Assembly (NCBI GenBank): GCA_001179505.1
Contig: CDMY01000158.1
Coordinates: forward strand, 62,001-126,000
Reading direction: 5' to 3'
DNA from: Vitrella brassicaformis CCMP3155
Lineage: Eukaryota; Protista; Chromerida
Length of the DNA stretch: 64,000 nt
This document shows, in pieces, positions 63,301 to 64,000 of this stretch. The notes below the pieces were generated by a model that made no database searches, had not been told where the DNA came from, and saw only the letters and a program-made list of their open reading frames with translations. Each line of letters opens with the position of its first letter. Position 1 is the first letter of the stretch. The position numbers and the translations under genes were made by a program.

Positions 63301-64000
63301 GGAAAAAGATGAATGCATCGCCTCCGGTCCGCAGAAGGCCGCGGTGTAGCACTCGCGTCTCGACACTCAAGGATGTGGACGGCACGGGCTGCTCGGGTGC
63401 ACAAGCCTTCGTCAGACGATGAGCTGGAGACAGTGTTGGCAGTCAATACATGCTTAGTGTCCCATCAGGCCATAATGGCAGAGCTCTATCACGGCCAAAC
63501 GGGGAGGGGCGCGACGGGGAGATCTGCACTCAAAAGCTCGCAGCGGTTTAGGGCGTGTTGCGTGTCCGGGTTGCATGTTAGGGTGCCTGTTTCATGTTGG
63601 ACAGACCGACAGGGGACTTGGCCGTCAGGCCACCTAGGGTGCTCCCTGAAACCGCTGCTTTAGGGCGGGGCCCGCCTTTCACCACCGCCAGAATGAATGA
63701 CTGGCACTTCTAGTGATACAATTCATTGTACAGGAGCCATGTGAATGACTCATGCATGCAATAACATGCATATGCGTCGTTGACAACGTCCTGCATAGAG
63801 AAAGCTCTCCTACAGTACGGCAGAGACGTGCAGACAACTAACACGCGACCATGTCAGTCACATTATCGTCACACAATCATCGACACTGAACGAAGCCGGC
63901 TGGAGAAAAAAGGCAGGAGCTCTGCAGATGCGGCTCCAGGAGAACATGCACAGCACGGCTGCTATACGTATAACACGTACCATCCATGCAGTCGCCATGG

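Noticed and set aside
63740-63780. TGCATGCA palindromes (ApiAP2-like site) upstream of the receptor gene
   Set aside because: The same motif recurs in introns (e.g. ~7370, 12141, 57960), so it is not specific evidence of a promoter element

Overview
GC-rich, intron-rich eukaryotic genomic DNA with short GT-AG introns full of (TG)n/(CA)n tracts. The style fits a chromerid alveolate such as Vitrella, but that is an inference from sequence style and an algal bipartite plastid leader. I hand-spliced about 13 loci. In order: a large minus-strand hypothetical gene; a secreted mucin-repeat protein; a disrupted HAD-like plus protein-kinase fusion; an XK-related (XKR scramblase-like) membrane protein; a membrane-anchored LSMT/SETD-type SET methyltransferase; a giant (~6,200 aa) HERC-like HECT E3 with SPRY-like, ankyrin, BPTF-like and UIM modules, whose 3' end is scrambled by internal duplications and indels; a frameshift-riddled hypothetical gene; a plastid-targeted single-pass protein; a thioredoxin-like membrane protein; two hypothetical genes; two paralogs of a ubiquitin-like/coiled-coil/RING gene tangled around two 300-N gaps; and a large type I membrane protein with tandem beta-sandwich repeats and an M6P-receptor-like tail. 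I found no rRNA, tRNA, CRISPR array or recognisable transposon. No single multi-gene system is demonstrable. The best leads are unusual domain architectures. All homology calls come from motif recognition by eye, not database searches.
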